Part shown: positions 61,878-64,000 of the stretch, piece by piece
Layout: every line of letters begins with the position of its first letter
How positions within the stretch are numbered: position 1 is the stretch's first letter
NCBI GenBank assembly: GCA_965112735.1
Contig: OZ218955.1
Location: forward strand, 372,001 to 436,000
Reading direction: 5' to 3'
From: Phaeosaccion multiseriatum
Taxonomy: Eukaryota > Protista > Ochrophyta, other classes
DNA: 64,000 nucleotides
Translations under genes and position numbers: made by a program
Notes under the pieces: generated by a model
Database searches by the model: none
Told to the model about the DNA's origin: nothing
What the model saw: the letters and a program-made list of their open reading frames with translations, nothing else

Positions 61878-62267
61878 GTTGTTGTGGTTGTTTGTTGTTC
61901 CGTGCATGCTCTGCAGGGGTCGTTCCATGGAAGCAGCCGCAGCCGGAGCGCTTCCATGAGGAATAGTATGGAGGGCATTCTCTCCTCCTTCCGCAAGGGA
62001 GACGACGAGAAGCAACAGCAGCAGCAGAAGGGGGAGGAGGGGGGGCAGAGGATGACCGACGAGGAGGCGATGCCCCCACGCCCCTCCCCAGCGAATGAAA
62101 AGTCAGTGACTCCACCCCGAAGTGCCCTCAGTGACGTGTTTCAAGATGTTGAGGACAGAGGGGGGGGTGGGGGGCAAGCGGCAGTTGGTGATACAGCAGC
62201 AGTTGGTGATACAGCAGCAGCAGGAGACGGGAGTGGAGGACAAGTTGATGGGGCAAGGAGGGAGTAG
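53419..62267 (+). CDS. DUF389-family multi-pass membrane protein with long low-complexity termini, multi-exon
   Basis: LSFDYVALLLVASILAGGGLASNSIVIIVASMLVSPIMGPVLG; WPTPEMSVR; IAIPSGVGVALS; SLVGVAISASLLPPAVNCG. Introns 53512-53830 and 61210-61916 are phase-consistent. The 5' exon structure is less certain. Confidence 0.8.
54291..54985. repeat. Tandem duplication of a ~350-bp unit containing (GGA)n
   Basis: GGAGCCTGCGTGAGCACCATCGACGGAGTGG begins near-identical units at 54291 and 54655. Confidence 0.92.
55501..55612. repeat. 38-bp tandem repeat x3 in an intron
   Basis: Unit CCTGTCTCTTTGACTTGATCCAATTTGTTCTCTGCCCG, no spacers. Confidence 0.92.
60186..60271. repeat. 21-bp tandem repeat x4 in an intron
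   Basis: Unit CCATACTCCTCTAT(T/C)CGGCAC. Confidence 0.92.
61203..61381. repeat. 43-bp tandem repeat x4 spanning a splice donor
   Basis: Units start GGAACGGGTGCGTTGTGAGTAGG at 61203, 61246, 61289 and 61332. Confidence 0.92.
61674..61899. repeat. (GTT)n microsatellite in an intron
   Basis: Directly visible. Confidence 0.95.
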
Positions 62268-64000
62268 AGAGTAGAGGGAGGGGAGAGTGGGCCGGCGAAG
62301 CTTCCCTCCCTCCCCCCCCCCCCGACAACCCCTCAACCCTTTTACATCGATTGGGCATGTCAACAGGGATAGCTGGCTTAGATCCGCTCCTCATATTCAT
62401 TCGTAGCGTGGAGGTGATGGTGGTGGCGGATGGAGATTGCAATTGCATGCAGGGGTGGGAAGAAGCAAGCTCGTAGGTACTTGTGGAGACTGCTCTTCCT
62501 CCTCCTCCTCAGAGAGGGGGACTGCTTATGCGGTCGGCCCCGTCTTAACGGCCAAGTGGGGTGGGGAATTATATTGACTTAGTAAGAAGCGAGTGGAGTG
62601 GGGAATTATGTTGACTTAGTAGGAAGCATGTGGGGTGGGGTGGGGTGGGACACCGAAAGAAAGAGAGGGCTTACGAAAGAGAGAGGTTTTTAATTAAATT
62701 ACTCCCTTTCATTAGTGACTTCGGCTCCTTATCAACGTCTCACTGTGTGTGGATGTTAAGCGCCCTTCTCATGACTGTACTGAGGCACACACACACACAC
62801 ACATGCAATGCACACACACACGTGTGGTGAGAGAGGGGAGGGAAAGGGGGGGGCGATGCGTTTCCCATACACCCCCAAGAAAGCAGAGCGTGCGTGTGTC
62901 CAGCAGGCTGAACAAAAGCACACGCCCACACGCACAAGCACACGCACAAGCACACGCATACGCAAACACGAATCATCCATACACAAACGTAAGTAGAGAG
63001 AGAGGGAGAAAGAGGTGGAGGTAACAAGGAGAGAGCCGCATGTAACGTCTCCCTTTGCCTCTCCCTCTCCGTCCTTCGTACCAGCCAAGTGCAGGCTTAA
63101 GTCAATTAATCTGAGATGCAGCCCTTCGCGCACTCACGCACGCACTCACGCAAGTACGCATACGCACACACGCACGCACACGCACAAGCACATGGCAGCA
63201 GGCGATCGACGGCCTCTAGGCTCGCGCACGGTCAAGTCCGGTGGCGCTCAGATTCAACAGGGCCTCGTGCTGTGCTTTGGCGGCATTGTGCAGGCCGCCC
63301 CTGCCCTTGCCGTGCTCTGTAGTGGCTGCGGCAGGCGCTGGCTGCTCCTCGGGCGGTCCTGCCATTGATTGCAGACTAGACGGAGTCCTTGCTTCGGGCA
63401 ACCGAGCGGCGAATTGTTGAAGCACAGCTCACGCCCTTTTCGATACAGAGCATGTACGCCTGGCAAGGAAGGAAGAGGTCTTGCTCTATTCTCTTTCTCT
63501 CTCTCCCTCTCCTCAGTCCTCCCCTCTCAGGCTGTCTGTTTTGGCGGCAAATGAGCCCCCCCTGGATCCCCCCCCTCGGGATCGTCTCGTCCAACGCCAA
63601 TTTTCACACTCCTCCCCTCCGCACTGACCAAACTGCTGCGGAATCAGCCTCACAAACACGCTATTGCTACAGTGTGCTGAAGCTCGGACGAGCGGCGGAG
63701 GCAGGAGCTGCCCTTGACGGAGTAGTTATAGTTAGGACGGGCGGAAAGTAGAAGGACATCAAACGCACCATCCCCGCTCCGCAGCTCAGGACAGTAAGTG
63801 CTGCTGCTCCTGTGCTTCAGATAGGTCTGCCTACAGGGATTGGCTGCCTCTGCTGGGTCGCAGGCAGAGCCTTTCTTGCAAGGGCCTCTGATCCGAGACC
63901 TCCAACGCCCACTTCACGCGGGATCCGCAAGCGAAGCCACTCACCAACACCAACGCCTTCAGCCTTCAGGACGGGGCATACTGCTAGACTGTCGACAGTA

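Noticed and set aside
63555-63576. CCCCCCCTGGATCCCCCCC as a hAT-like terminus
   Set aside because: No partner terminus or TSD is visible in the window.

Overview
This is eukaryotic, GC-rich, intron-dense nuclear DNA full of microsatellites. It most likely comes from a photosynthetic stramenopile (ochrophyte); this is inferred from a signal peptide followed by an 'S-FVP' plastid-targeting motif and from PT-rich secreted proteins. I recognise these multi-exon genes: a PP2C plus cNMP-binding protein (-, probably running off the left edge), meiotic MSH5 (-), a disrupted ankyrin gene (+), a glucosidase II beta/PRKCSH-like gene (-), a plastid-type DEAD-box helicase (+), RTF2 (-), MMADHC/CblD (+), a secreted Cys/PT-rich protein (-), a divergent P5A-type ATPase (+) and a DUF389 membrane protein (+). 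There is also an intronless F-box-like/FNIP-like ORF (-). Most short ORFs in the supplied track are microsatellite or antisense noise. Most interesting observations: (1) three, possibly four, small elements with unrelated internal sequence but shared 5'-TCG(G/A)CC termini and 6-bp target-site duplications; (2) an ankyrin gene broken by a precisely reconstructable ~430-bp inverted duplication (long hairpin); (3) a neighbouring intronless F-box/FNIP-like ORF; (4) polarised intron ends, with a motif near donors and its reverse complement near acceptors; (5) a P5A ATPase lacking the PPELP signature. Exon boundaries were read by eye and no database searches were run.
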